Under the pieces are notes generated by a model that saw only the letters and a program-made list of their open reading frames with translations, was not told the DNA's origin and made no database searches. A program made the translations under genes and the position numbers. 64,000 bases of DNA, taken from assembly GCA_963815115.1 (NCBI GenBank), contig CAWFFN010000009.1:1728001-1792000 (forward strand), written 5' to 3'. Of the stretch, positions 50,250 to 59,613 are shown in pieces. This DNA is from an uncultured delta proteobacterium. GTDB lineage: Bacteria > Desulfobacterota > Binatia > DP-6. Positions within the stretch are counted from its first letter, which is position 1. Every line of letters starts with the position of its first letter.

Positions 50250-50852
50250 TCACGGCCGTGCCGTCCCGATCATCGCGTCGCGGCTCACGAGGGCGGCCAG
50301 CCCGGCCTCGTCGAGCCCCTCGCTGCCGTCCGGCCGCTCCGGCAGCACCAGGTAGCGAGTCTCCGCGCTCGAATCCCAGACCCGGATCTCCACGTGCTCG
50401 GGCAGGTCGAGTCCCATCTCGCGGAGCAGGACGCGCGGCTCGCGCACCATGCGGGAGCGGTAGGGGGCGCTCTTGTACCAGGTGGGCGGCAGGCCGAGGA
50501 CCGGCCACGGGTAGCACGAGCACAGGGTGCACACGACGACGTTGTGGACCGCCGGGCCGTTCTCGACGACGACGAGATGCTCGCCCTCCGGACCGCCGAA
50601 TCCGAGCTCCGCGATCGCCGCCGTGCCGTCGGCGAGCAGGCGCGCGCGGTACGCCGGGTCGACCCAGGCCCGCGCCACGACCCGGGCGCCGTTCATCGGG
50701 CCGATGTCGTTCTCGTACGCGGCGACCACCGCGTCGAGGAAGCCGGGCTGGAGGATCCCCTTCTCGATGAGCAGCTCCTCCAGCGCCCGGGCGCGCAGCT
50801 CGACCGGCGCGAGCGGAGCGGGATGGTGGTGATCGTCGTCCTGCACGCTCAT
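50250..50852 (-). CDS. nthA: Cobalt-type nitrile hydratase alpha subunit
   Basis: [23 protein letters not shown] (Thr and Tyr mark the Co type); [13 protein letters not shown]. Confidence 0.95.
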   Translation of the reverse strand: MSVQDDDHHHPAPLAPVELRARALEELLIEKGILQPGFLDAVVAAYENDIGPMNGARVVARAWVDPAYRARLLADGTAAIAELGFGGPEGEHLVVVENGPAVHNVVVCTLCSCYPWPVLGLPPTWYKSAPYRSRMVREPRVLLREMGLDLPEHVEIRVWDSSAETRYLVLPERPDGSEGLDEAGLAALVSRDAMIGTARP

Positions 50853-51470
50853 GCAGGCTCCAGCCAGCGCTCCCAGAGGTCGACGTGCACGGTCTCGCGC
50901 GCGCCGCCCGCGCGGCCCCACAGCTCCCGCGCCGTGAAGCGGACGCCGTACGCCGGCTCGCTCGCCGGGCCGGCCGGCGTGGGCCGCGACGTCGGGCACC
51001 GGGAACGAGCCGTCGAGCCGCACCACGACGCCTCGCTTGCCGCGGACGTAGCGCGGGCAGCGCGTGTGTCCGAGGGGATGCGCGTCGACGACCCGGACGG
51101 CGGAGCCGACCGCGAAGCGCGGTGCGGTAGCCGACGTCACGGGGTCGGGCGGAGGGAGCGGGGGAACCGGGCGCGAGAGCGGGAAGCATCCGCCGGCGCG
51201 CGTCTCGAGCTCTTCGGCGGTGACCGCGCCGTCCTCCACGAGCAGCGTCGCGAGCCCCGTCAGCCAGTGCTCGTAGTACGGCGAGGCGAGATAGTGCGCC
51301 GGGTCCATGCGCTCGATGGCATGGCGAAACCTGTGCACGTTGTGGACGCCGCGTCCGATCGCCATGCGGAAGACGGTGCGCTCCCACGCCGCGTGGAAGA
51401 CCGGCTCGGCCGCCTCGACCTCCACGGGGCCGAAGCCGTCCATGCCGCCCATGTCGTGGATGCCGTTCAT
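50849..51470 (-). CDS. nthB: Nitrile hydratase beta subunit; one apparent frameshift near 50970
   Basis: [44 protein letters not shown]. The conserved end [12 protein letters not shown]...[13 protein letters not shown] is in another frame and ends with an ATGA overlap on nthA. Confidence 0.9.
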
Positions 51471-51584
51471 GATCCCGCCGACCGATAGCACGGCGGCGCG
51501 CTCGCGTCATCGCGCGCGCGGACGGCGCTCGCGCGCTCCGCAGGGGTTGATCCGGGACCCGGAGCCGGGAGAGAACGTGGCCCC

Positions 51585-52817
51585 ATGATCGACTTCAGCT
51601 TTCCCCCCGACGTCGAGGACATCCGTCAGCGGGTGCGCGACTTCATGACCACCGTGGTCAAGCCCGCCGAGGGCGACCTCACCATCGAGCGCCACGATCC
51701 CGAAGGACGCGGCCGACTCGTCAGGACCATCCTGGAGCTCCGCGTCAAGGCCAAGGAGTGGGGCCTCTGGCTGCCGCACATGCCGGCGGAGTTCGGGGGC
51801 ATGGGACTCGGGCCGACGGCGATGGCCGCGCTGTCGGCCGAGTGCGCGCGCACGTCGCTCGGTCCGTTCGTGCTCAACTGCCAGGCGCCCGACGAGGGCA
51901 ACATGCACACGCTCCTGCACTTCGGAACGCCCGAGCAGAAGGAGAAGTACCTCCGCCCGCTGTGCGACGGGTTCCAGCGCTCGTGCTTCGCCATGACGGA
52001 GCCGGAGGTCGCGGGGTCCGATCCGACGCTCATCCAGACGCGCGCCGTCAAAGACGGTGACCACTGGGTGGTGAACGGCCACAAGTGGTTCATCAGCGGG
52101 GCGCGCGGCGCCCACTTCGCCATCCTCATCGCCAAGACCGACCCCGAAGCCGATCCGCCGCAGGCCCGCAACACCGCCTTCATCGTGGATCTTCCGGCGG
52201 AAGGGTGGGAAGTGGTGCGCGACGTCGAGACCATGGCCGGGGGCCACAACCACTGCGAGATCCGGATCGAGAACCTCCGCCTCCCGGACGCCGCCATTCT
52301 CGGCGGCCGTGGCCAGGGCCATCGGCTCGGCCAGGTGCGGCTCGGACCGGCGCGCCTCGCCCACTGCATGCGCTGGATCGGTCAGGTGGAGATGGCGCTC
52401 GAGATGCTGGTCGACCGGGCGACGAAGCGCTTCGCGCACGGCTCCTTCCTGGCGGACAAGCAGGGCATCCAGTGGATGGTGTCCGAGTCGGCGATGGAGC
52501 TCTACGCCGCGAAGCTCATGGTGCTGCACGCGGCCTACCTCATCGAGCATGGCAAGCCGTTCAACACCGAGGTGTCGATGTGCAAGTACCACGTCGCCAA
52601 CACGCTGTGGCGCACGGTGGACCGTGCCATCCAGGTGCACGGCGCGCTCGGCTACTCGAAGGACACGCCGCTCGCGGGCATGCTGCTCCAGGCGCGGTGG
52701 TCCCGCTTCGCGGACGGCGCCGACGAGGTGCACCTGATGCGCATCGCGAGCAACGTGGTCGACACCTACAAGAAGACCGGATCGCTCGACGGCGCCTTCG
52801 GCCACCTGCCCGTTTGA
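51585..52817 (+). CDS. Acyl-CoA dehydrogenase
   Basis: NCQAPDEGNM, FAMTEPEVAGSD, NGHKWFISG, IQVHGALG, DGADEVH. Confidence 0.95.
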   Translation: MIDFSFPPDVEDIRQRVRDFMTTVVKPAEGDLTIERHDPEGRGRLVRTILELRVKAKEWGLWLPHMPAEFGGMGLGPTAMAALSAECARTSLGPFVLNCQAPDEGNMHTLLHFGTPEQKEKYLRPLCDGFQRSCFAMTEPEVAGSDPTLIQTRAVKDGDHWVVNGHKWFISGARGAHFAILIAKTDPEADPPQARNTAFIVDLPAEGWEVVRDVETMAGGHNHCEIRIENLRLPDAAILGGRGQGHRLGQVRLGPARLAHCMRWIGQVEMALEMLVDRATKRFAHGSFLADKQGIQWMVSESAMELYAAKLMVLHAAYLIEHGKPFNTEVSMCKYHVANTLWRTVDRAIQVHGALGYSKDTPLAGMLLQARWSRFADGADEVHLMRIASNVVDTYKKTGSLDGAFGHLPV

Positions 52818-52835
52818 CAGGACTGCGGTTTCGCG

Positions 52836-54548
52836 ATGACCCGCCACCGGGGCCTCGACGGGCTCGTGCTCGCGAGCGGCACCGCCATCGTCGTCAGCGG
52901 GCTCGTCGTGAACTTCGTGCTCTCGTCGCCGGTCGAGCACCTGCTCGCCAGCTCGCCGGCGGAATTCGCGACCGCCTTCGGCAGGCTGACCGGGATAAGC
53001 CGCGGCGTGTTCACCGGGCTCGGGCTGCTGACCTCCGTCCTCATCCTGATCTCGCTCGTCCGCGAAGGCGGGATCGGGGCGCGCCGAAGCCGGCTCCGGC
53101 TCGTCGCCATCGTCGCGCTGGTGGGCGCGGGCCTCGTGGGTGCCCTGGCCATCGACCCGGTGCAGCGTGCCATCCTCGCCGCGGCACCGACGGCGTCCGC
53201 GTCGCTGCCCCCGCTGCTGGAGAGCTGGTCACGCTGGGGACGCGTGAACCTGGGGATGGCCGCCGTGGCGCTGATCGCACTCGTGCTCGCCCATCGGGCC
53301 CCCGTGGTCCCGACCGACCGCGCCGGTGCGCTCGCGCCTGCCCACCGCAGGCTGCTCCTGCTGCTCTCGACGGCGACGCTCTTCGAGGGCTACGACCGCT
53401 TCATCGTCACGCTGGCGCTCCCGTACATCGCGCGCGACCTGGGCGCCGGCGAGGGTGTGCTCGGATGGGCGTTGTCGGTGATCCGGGGCGGCGCCCTGCT
53501 CGCCATCGGTCTCTGTCTGCTGGCCGATCGCGTCGGCCGCCGCGGCGTGCTCCTGTGGACGGTGCTCGGCTACACCCTCGTCACGGCGCTGACCGGATTG
53601 TCGCGCGGCCTGTCGGAGTTCGTCGCGCTCCAGGTGATCGCGACCATCTTCCTGACGACGGAGCTCGCACTGGCGCAGGTGGTGATCGCGGAGGAGTTTC
53701 CCGCCACGTCCCGCGGGCTCGGCCAGGGGCTGTTGGGTGCATCGGCGGCCCTGGGCGCGGGCCTCGCGGCGGCACTGTTCCCGGCCTTCGTCGGCTCGGC
53801 GCTGGGCTGGCGCGGACTCTACTTCGTCGGCATCGTGCCCCTCCTGATCGTCGGCTACCTCCGCCGCTCGCTGCCCGAGACGTCGCGCTGGCAGCATCTC
53901 CACGATGCGGACCGGCAAGCCGGCGGCGTGCTGCGCGTGCTGGCGCCGGCTCACCGCCGCCGCTTCCTCGCGCTGGTGGCAATCGCAGCGGGGGCGACGG
54001 CCGCGTTCGCCCCCGCGTTCTCGTTCGCGTCGTACCGCGCCACGAACACGTTCCAGTGGACCCCGGCGCAGGTCAGCACGATGATCATCACGGGCGGGGG
54101 GCTGGGCTTCTGGGGCTGGATGCTGTTCGGCCGTCTCACGGATATCGTGGGGCGACGTCCCACGGCGATCATCTCCCTCATCGGCTCCGCCGCCGCGATC
54201 GTGGCCTTCTACAGCACCTCCGGGCTCTTCCCCGCCTTCGCCGCCATCGTCTTCTTCGAATCGGGCATCACCGTCTCGGTCAACGCGCTCACCACCGAGA
54301 GCTTCCCGACCGCGCTGCGCGCCACCGCGCGCGCCTGGGTCACGAACGCGGCCGTGGCGGGCGCCACGGTCGGGCTCGCGCTGGTCGGCCTGCTGTCGGC
54401 GACGATGGGCGGGCACGCGCCCATCGTCGCCCTCCTGGGATTTCTCCCGCTCGGGCTCGTGCCCCTGGTGTTCCTGATCCCGGAGACGTTCGGCCGGGAG
54501 CTCGAGGTGACCAGCGGCGAGGCCGCCGAAGTGCTGGATCGAGCCTGA
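52836..54548 (+). CDS. MFS transporter with an extra N-terminal 4-TM domain
   Basis: LADRVGRRG and LTDIVGRRP motif A, EEFP/ESFPTALR; about 160 aa hydrophobic extension before the MFS core. Confidence 0.85.
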   Translation: MTRHRGLDGLVLASGTAIVVSGLVVNFVLSSPVEHLLASSPAEFATAFGRLTGISRGVFTGLGLLTSVLILISLVREGGIGARRSRLRLVAIVALVGAGLVGALAIDPVQRAILAAAPTASASLPPLLESWSRWGRVNLGMAAVALIALVLAHRAPVVPTDRAGALAPAHRRLLLLLSTATLFEGYDRFIVTLALPYIARDLGAGEGVLGWALSVIRGGALLAIGLCLLADRVGRRGVLLWTVLGYTLVTALTGLSRGLSEFVALQVIATIFLTTELALAQVVIAEEFPATSRGLGQGLLGASAALGAGLAAALFPAFVGSALGWRGLYFVGIVPLLIVGYLRRSLPETSRWQHLHDADRQAGGVLRVLAPAHRRRFLALVAIAAGATAAFAPAFSFASYRATNTFQWTPAQVSTMIITGGGLGFWGWMLFGRLTDIVGRRPTAIISLIGSAAAIVAFYSTSGLFPAFAAIVFFESGITVSVNALTTESFPTALRATARAWVTNAAVAGATVGLALVGLLSATMGGHAPIVALLGFLPLGLVPLVFLIPETFGRELEVTSGEAAEVLDRA

Positions 54549-54642
54549 GCCCGCACGCTCGCCGGCCACGCCATCGCCGAAGAGGCCGCAGGAGCGCCCG
54601 GATTTGCGCTCCCGGACGATCGCGGGTAACCAGATCGGTTTC

Positions 54643-55632
54643 ATGGACGCCGGCATCGCCGCAATCAACGAACGCGTGCGCGAGGGCTCGGGCTTCGCCG
54701 TCCGCCTGCGGGAAGAGATCGCCACGGTCATCGTCGGCCAGCGTGCCCTCGTCGACCGGCTGCTCATCGGGCTCCTCGCCAACGGCCACGTGCTCCTCGA
54801 AGGGGTCCCCGGGCTCGCCAAGACGCTCGCCGTCAAGACCCTCGCCCAGGCCATCCAGGCGACCTTCCGGCGCGTGCAGTTCACGCCCGACCTGCTGCCC
54901 GCGGACCTGATCGGGACCCTGGTCTACAATCCGCGCGAGGGGTCGTTCTCCACCAAGCGCGGCCCGATCTTCGCGCAGCTCGTGCTGGCGGACGAGATCA
55001 ACCGCGCGCCGGCGAAGGTGCAGAGCGCGCTCCTGGAAGCCATGCAGGAGCACCAGGTCACCATCGGCGACGAGACGCACCCGCTGCCCGATCCGTTCCT
55101 GGTGCTCGCCACCCAGAATCCCATCGAGCAGGAGGGAACCTATCCGCTGCCCGAGGCCCAGGTCGACCGCTTCATGCTGAAGCTCAGGGTCGAGTATCCC
55201 TCGCGCGAGGAGGAGCGGCAGATCCTCGACCGCATGGCGACGACGGCAAACCACCGCCCCGCCAGCCCGGTCGTCACCACCGCGGACATCATCGCGGCGC
55301 GCTCGCTGGTCGATCAGGTGTACGTCGACGACAAGGTGCGGGACTACATCGTGAGCGTCGTCTTCGCGACGCGCGAGCCGAAGTCCTTCGGCCTCGATCT
55401 CGGGCCGCTCGTGGAGTACGGCGCCTCGCCCCGTGCCACGCTCTGCCTGACCCTCGCATCGCGGGCGCACGCCTTCCTCCAGGGCCGCGGCTACGTGACC
55501 CCGCAGGACGTGAAGGCCATCGCCCCCGACGTCCTGCGGCACCGGGTGATCGTCAGCTACGAGGCGGAAGCGGAGGAGGTGGACGCGGACGAGATCGTGC
55601 GGCGCGTGCTCGACGGGGTACCGGTGCCGTGA
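54643..55632 (+). CDS. moxR: MoxR family AAA+ ATPase
   Basis: LLEGVPGLAKT, RVQFTPDLLPAD, LADEINRAPAKVQSALLEAM, ATQNPIEQEGTYPLPEAQVDRF. Confidence 0.95.
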   Translation: MDAGIAAINERVREGSGFAVRLREEIATVIVGQRALVDRLLIGLLANGHVLLEGVPGLAKTLAVKTLAQAIQATFRRVQFTPDLLPADLIGTLVYNPREGSFSTKRGPIFAQLVLADEINRAPAKVQSALLEAMQEHQVTIGDETHPLPDPFLVLATQNPIEQEGTYPLPEAQVDRFMLKLRVEYPSREEERQILDRMATTANHRPASPVVTTADIIAARSLVDQVYVDDKVRDYIVSVVFATREPKSFGLDLGPLVEYGASPRATLCLTLASRAHAFLQGRGYVTPQDVKAIAPDVLRHRVIVSYEAEAEEVDADEIVRRVLDGVPVP

Positions 55633-55868
55633 TCTCCCCGGCGCCGCCGGCGGCATGTCGCGGCGTTCAGGCCTCGGGCTTCCGACGAAAAGTGACGCGA
55701 GGTGTCCGTGCGGTAAGTCCGGCTTGACGTCGTCACACTCGGTGCCGCGGTGAAAGACCACCTGCTCAGGCCAGCGGCCCGCGGCCCGTATCGGCGACGC
55801 CTCCTATCGGAGGGCGAAGATCAAGCGAGCGTCCGGGATGGGGGGTTGTGTCAGCCCGGGCCTAAAAG

Positions 55869-56125
55869 CAATGCCGGTCACTTTGCACGAGGCCTCCTGC
55901 GATGCGGGCGATTCCGCGGATCGTTGCTCATCTTGAGCTTGACGGCGCGCGGGTAGCGCCGCGGCCGCGGCTCGGGCAGGACGACGGGCGCGAGTTCGTC
56001 GAGCAAGGCCTCGAGCCGACGGGGCAGCGCCCCCGGCGACGTGTCCCACGCGGCGTGCCAGAAGGCCCGGACGGCGAGGAGGGCGTAGCGGTAGCTGAGA
56101 CGCACCGGCGGCACGCGGGCGCGCG
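55869..56125 (-). mobile_element. IS4-family remnant: transposase C-terminus plus terminal inverted repeat
   Basis: RLSYRYAL...LPEPRPRRYPRAVK tail; CAATGCCGGTCACTTTG at 55869-55885 resembles the IS4 IR (TAATGCCGATCAGTTAAG). Confidence 0.7.
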
Positions 56126-56139
56126 GCGACGCGCGGCTC

Positions 56140-56538
56140 ATGACGAGGCGGACGTGGAGAAGGGGCAGACTTCCTTCGGCCATTGATCGACATTGGGCTG
56201 CATCCGCTACGGGCGATCAGGGTGCCGAGCATGAGATCTATCACGACGATGCCGTATGTGAGTACCCACAGTCAGGCGAGGTCATCCACGGTCGGCGGAA
56301 CCTGCAGGCGCTTCGTAGTCAACACCCTGGTAGGCCATCGGGGTTTGTGGTCCGGCGGATCGTAGGAGAGGGCAATCTCTGGGTTACCGAGTATGTGATT
56401 ACCTACGAGGGCAAACGCGCCTACACCGTGAGTGTCATGGAGTTCCGGGATGGAAAGGTGTCGCACGAGACTCAATACTTCGCCGATCCCTTCGACGCTC
56501 CTGCTTGGCGCGCTCAGTGGGTCGAGCGCGGGGCGTGA
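56140..56538 (+). CDS. SnoaL/NTF2-like protein, integron cassette gene (5' end uncertain)
   Basis: IDRHWAAS...YPQSGE.IHGR...LWVTEY...VSVMEFRDGKV.HETQYFADPF; lower GC than flanking genes; followed by an attC. Confidence 0.8.
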   Translation: MTRRTWRRGRLPSAIDRHWAASATGDQGAEHEIYHDDAVCEYPQSGEVIHGRRNLQALRSQHPGRPSGFVVRRIVGEGNLWVTEYVITYEGKRAYTVSVMEFRDGKVSHETQYFADPFDAPAWRAQWVERGA

Positions 56539-56546
56539 TCGACGGC

Positions 56547-56606
56547 ATCTAACAACGGCATGCAGCCGACGCCGCAAAACGGCGCGGCTGATGCCGAGCG
56601 TTAGGC
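56547..56606 (+). mobile_element. Integron attC site (60 bp)
   Basis: R'' ATCTAAC and R' GTTAGGC flank the imperfect palindrome GGCAT(G)CAGCCG(A)CGCCG-CAAAA-CGGCG CGGCTG ATGCC, which has two extrahelical bases. Confidence 0.88.
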
Positions 56607-56918
56607 GGCTGCGGAGCGTTTGGACTTGGAGAGTCCACGATGAATCGTAAGGCTGACCCGCACCCCGGCCCGCGCAAGCATGTCGACCAGCGTGTCGATG
56701 CTGAAGAGCTCGATCTTCCCGCGCACCAAGTTGCTCACCCGGGGCTGTGTCACGCCGAGGATCTTCGCGGCCGCAGCCTGCGTCAACTTTCGCCCCTCGA
56801 TCAGTCGCCGGACCTGAACCATCAAGTCTGCCCGCAGCCTCAAACTCTCGGCTTCCTCGGCCGGGAAACCCAGGTCCCGGAACACGTTGCCGCTGGAACG
56901 CCGGACCTTCGCAGTCAT
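56601..56918 (-). CDS. HigA-like HTH antitoxin
   Basis: SSGNVFRDLGF...LTQAAAAKILGVTQPRVSNLVRGKIELFSIDTL. Confidence 0.9.
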   Translation of the reverse strand: MTAKVRRSSGNVFRDLGFPAEEAESLRLRADLMVQVRRLIEGRKLTQAAAAKILGVTQPRVSNLVRGKIELFSIDTLVDMLARAGVRVSLTIHRGLSKSKRSAAA

Positions 56919-57271
56919 CCGCTTCTCCTTGAGCGTCTAGCTCGCGCCCTCTGCCGCATACTCAACACGTCCCGCAGCCGCGACCGCGCCAAATCGACGT
57001 CCGGTTTGCAGGTCCGACGCGTTCTCTTCTCGAAGGCGTGGAGCACGTAGACAGCCTCTGCGAACTTTGCGATGTAGATCACTCGATGCTCAAGCGCCGT
57101 GTGAACGCGGATCTCCTGTACGCCCGGGCCGACGGAGGGCATCGGTTTCCAATCGGAGGGATCGAGCCCGCATTGAACCTGGTAGAGCTCGAAACCTGCT
57201 CGCTGGCGGGCGTCCTTGGCGAAGGCTCGCATGTCGTCACATGCACTCCCCATCCACAGCACCGCCTTCAC
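56915..57271 (-). CDS. RelE/HigB (gp49-like) toxin
   Basis: GFELYQVQ.GLDPSDWKPM.SVGPGVQEIRV...YVLHAFEKRT; ATGA overlap with the antitoxin. Confidence 0.9.
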   Translation of the reverse strand: MKAVLWMGSACDDMRAFAKDARQRAGFELYQVQCGLDPSDWKPMPSVGPGVQEIRVHTALEHRVIYIAKFAEAVYVLHAFEKRTRRTCKPDVDLARSRLRDVLSMRQRARARRSRRSG

Positions 57272-57287
57272 AGCGGCCGGCCGGCCA

Positions 57288-57314
57288 CATACAAGTTATT
57301 GTATGACATGTCAA
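57288..57314 (-). promoter_or_regulatory. Promoter/operator of the toxin-antitoxin cassette
   Basis: Inverted repeat CATACAA-GTTA-TTGTATG (57288-57305) next to a minus-strand TTGACA -35 (57309-57314); the -10 element is weak. Confidence 0.65.
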
Positions 57315-57318
57315 ATCC

Positions 57319-57345
57319 GCCCAACTCGGCGCTGCAGCCGGTCGG
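57319..57345 (+). mobile_element. Truncated attC (left half only)
   Basis: GCCCAAC (R'') followed by GGCGCTGCAGCCG, similar to the L'' arm of the first attC; no matching L'/R' seen. Confidence 0.5.
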
Positions 57346-57613
57346 CGAGCAACGAGCGCATTCTCCGTCCTTCGGGAGCCCGTTCATCCAACCCGTCCGT
57401 TCGGAAGGACTTGGAGGAGCAAGGGGAAGCGTCTGGGGGCGTCTGATAACACCCTTTCCGTCACCCATGAAGACGGGCTGTCCTGGTGTGGGGGGAGTTC
57501 GCTCCGGTCATCACCTCCTTCGGCGCTTCGCTGGTCCCGTCGATGGTCGACGCTCTCCATTCAACTTGCGAAAACGGCCTTGACTAATCTTGCCTGAACG
57601 GCCCTTTTCGGCG

Positions 57614-57645
57614 AAAGCTTACCGAACGGCAAAGCTTACCGAACG
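57614..57645 (+). repeat. Perfect 15-bp direct repeat (2 copies, 17-bp period)
   Basis: AAAGCTTACCGAACG at 57614-57628 and 57631-57645. Confidence 0.85.
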
Positions 57646-57838
57646 CCCCGACCTCGGACATTCACAATCCCATCGCCCTTCTGCAGGGAGCTCGCTGGTG
57701 ACGCGCTCGGTCAGGTCCTAAGTGACCGAGCTGGGTGACGACCCGAGGGTCAGGTCGGGCCTGGGGCCGGAAGACGGGCGAAGGTACCCGAGGATATGCT
57801 AGACGCTCGCCCAGGACTGCACGTTTCGGAGAGATCGA

Positions 57839-59344
57839 GTGACACGAAACAACGATGTCCTGATCGTCGGCGCTGGGCCTTCCGGGCTGTTCGCCGCCGC
57901 CGAGCTCGCCCGCCACGGAGTGAGCGCGCGGCTCGTCGAGCGCGACGTGCGGCCGCACCGCGAGGCGCGTGCCACGGCGATCCAGCCGGGGACGCTCGAG
58001 ATTCTGGATTCCGTCGGGTTGCTGCAGCCGTTTCTCGATGTCGCCGAGCAGGTCCGCTGCTCGCGCCTGTACGGCCCGGGCATGGTGGAGCTCGCCGCCA
58101 TGAGCCACGAGAGCATCGACTGCCGCTGCAAGTTCCAGTGCAGCCTGCCGCAGTACGAGACCCAGCGCATCCTCGAAGCTCATCTCACGTCGCTCGGCGG
58201 CGTGATCGAACGCGGGGTCACGGCGACCACGGTCGAGACGGACGCGGACGGGGTCGTCGTCGAGCTCGTCCACGCGGACGGTGGGACGGAGACGGTCCGC
58301 CCGAGCATCGTCATCGGGGCGGGCGGTGCGCACAGCGTCACGCGCCATTCGATGAGCAAGCCGCTCGAGGGCGCCACCTACCGCGGACATTTCCTCGTCG
58401 CCGACATCGCGATGCCGGCGCCGTTCCCGCGCGACGAGGCCGGCGTCATCTGCTCTCCGGATGGCCTGCTGCTGCTCGCGCCACTCCCCGGCGGACGCTG
58501 GATCAGCTTCCAGGACCTCGAGGAGGACGTCGAGAGCGTACCCGTCGAGAACGTCGTCGCCCGGGTCCAGGCACGGCTCGGCGGGAAATATCGGCCCACC
58601 GACGTCTCCTGGTTCACGCCGTTCCGGATGCACCGGCGGATGGTGTCGCGCCTGGCGGACGGCCGGCGGTTCCTGATCGGCGACGCCGCCCACCTGTCGA
58701 GCCCGTTCGGCGGCGAAGGGCTCAACGCGGGGCTGCACGACGGCTACGACCTGGCCTGGAAGCTGGCTCTCATCCTGCGCGGCCACGCGCATCGGTCGCT
58801 GCTCGACCACTATACGGTCGAGCGCCAGATCGCCGACCGCCACGTGCTCGACGTCTCCGACCAGGTGCACACGTCGATCGTGGACGTTGCGGATGCGGTG
58901 CGCCAGGGGCGCGAGGTCCATCCCGCGGTCGTGGACCCGATCGTTGCCGCGCTGCAGCGCAACGCGCGCGCCATGATCGATGTCGACTACACGGGGAGCC
59001 CGCTCGTCGCCGACCATGGAAGCGCCGAGGCAGGCAGCGAGGGACCACATCCCGGGCAGCGCTACCCGGACTGGGCACGCTTCGGTGGACCGTCACACCA
59101 CGTGCTCGTCTTCGGACCCGTCGCGGACTCCGCGTCACTCGCACGCCTGGGCCGGCGCTGGTCCAGGCTCGTGCAGATCGCTCACGAGCCGGGCGTCGAT
59201 CCCCTTCGTGCCGGCGTCCCGTCCGGCGGCGTGGTCATGATCCGCCCCGACCGCCACATCGGCTTCAGGTTTCCGTCCGCCGGAGCCGAGGCCTTCGCGG
59301 CGCTCGACAGCCACCTCTCCTCGTACCTGATTCCGCATTCCTAG
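57839..59344 (+). CDS. FAD-dependent monooxygenase (PheA/TfdB aromatic hydroxylase family)
   Basis: IVGAGPSG, LPQYETQRIL, FLIGDAAHLSSPFGGEGLNAGLHDGYDLAWKL, IRPD.HIG. Confidence 0.92.
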   Translation: MTRNNDVLIVGAGPSGLFAAAELARHGVSARLVERDVRPHREARATAIQPGTLEILDSVGLLQPFLDVAEQVRCSRLYGPGMVELAAMSHESIDCRCKFQCSLPQYETQRILEAHLTSLGGVIERGVTATTVETDADGVVVELVHADGGTETVRPSIVIGAGGAHSVTRHSMSKPLEGATYRGHFLVADIAMPAPFPRDEAGVICSPDGLLLLAPLPGGRWISFQDLEEDVESVPVENVVARVQARLGGKYRPTDVSWFTPFRMHRRMVSRLADGRRFLIGDAAHLSSPFGGEGLNAGLHDGYDLAWKLALILRGHAHRSLLDHYTVERQIADRHVLDVSDQVHTSIVDVADAVRQGREVHPAVVDPIVAALQRNARAMIDVDYTGSPLVADHGSAEAGSEGPHPGQRYPDWARFGGPSHHVLVFGPVADSASLARLGRRWSRLVQIAHEPGVDPLRAGVPSGGVVMIRPDRHIGFRFPSAGAEAFAALDSHLSSYLIPHS

Positions 59345-59510
59345 TTCGCGGAGACTGGCAGATAGCCGAGATTAAGGCGCTACTAATCGTTGTCTAGCAC
59401 CGCACGACCACAAGACCTGGTATGGCGTGGGCGGTTTGACCGTTGACGACGCGTCTGTCGCGGGCATCCCACGTTAGGTGGTCGGTGCGTCGACGACGCG
59501 ACGGTGACGC

Positions 59511-59563
59511 GGGTCCTTCCTGGCCCGGCCAGCGACGAGGCGGCGCCCCGCGAAAAACCGCTA
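59511..59563 (+). mobile_element. Lambda-like cos packaging site (cosQ and cosN-like)
   Basis: GGGTCCT (identical to lambda cosQ), then ACG-AGGCGGCGCCC-CGCG-AAAAAC-CGCTA versus lambda ACG-GGGCGGCGACCT-CGCG-GGTTTT-CGCTA; directly upstream of a terS-like gene. Confidence 0.6.
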
Positions 59564-59613
59564 GCCGATGGCCTCGACAAGGGGTTGATTGATTGACACG
59601 ACGGGGGCAGCCG

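Noticed and set aside
50250-51491. 413-aa ORF that looks like a beta-alpha fused nitrile hydratase (as in some eukaryotes)
   Set aside because: The conserved beta C-terminus ([12 protein letters not shown]...LWERWLEPA*) is intact in another frame and ends in an ATGA overlap with alpha; one extra base near 50970 explains the apparent fusion.
57614-57645. CRISPR mini-array
   Set aside because: Only two 15-bp copies separated by 2 nt, with no spacers and no cas genes.
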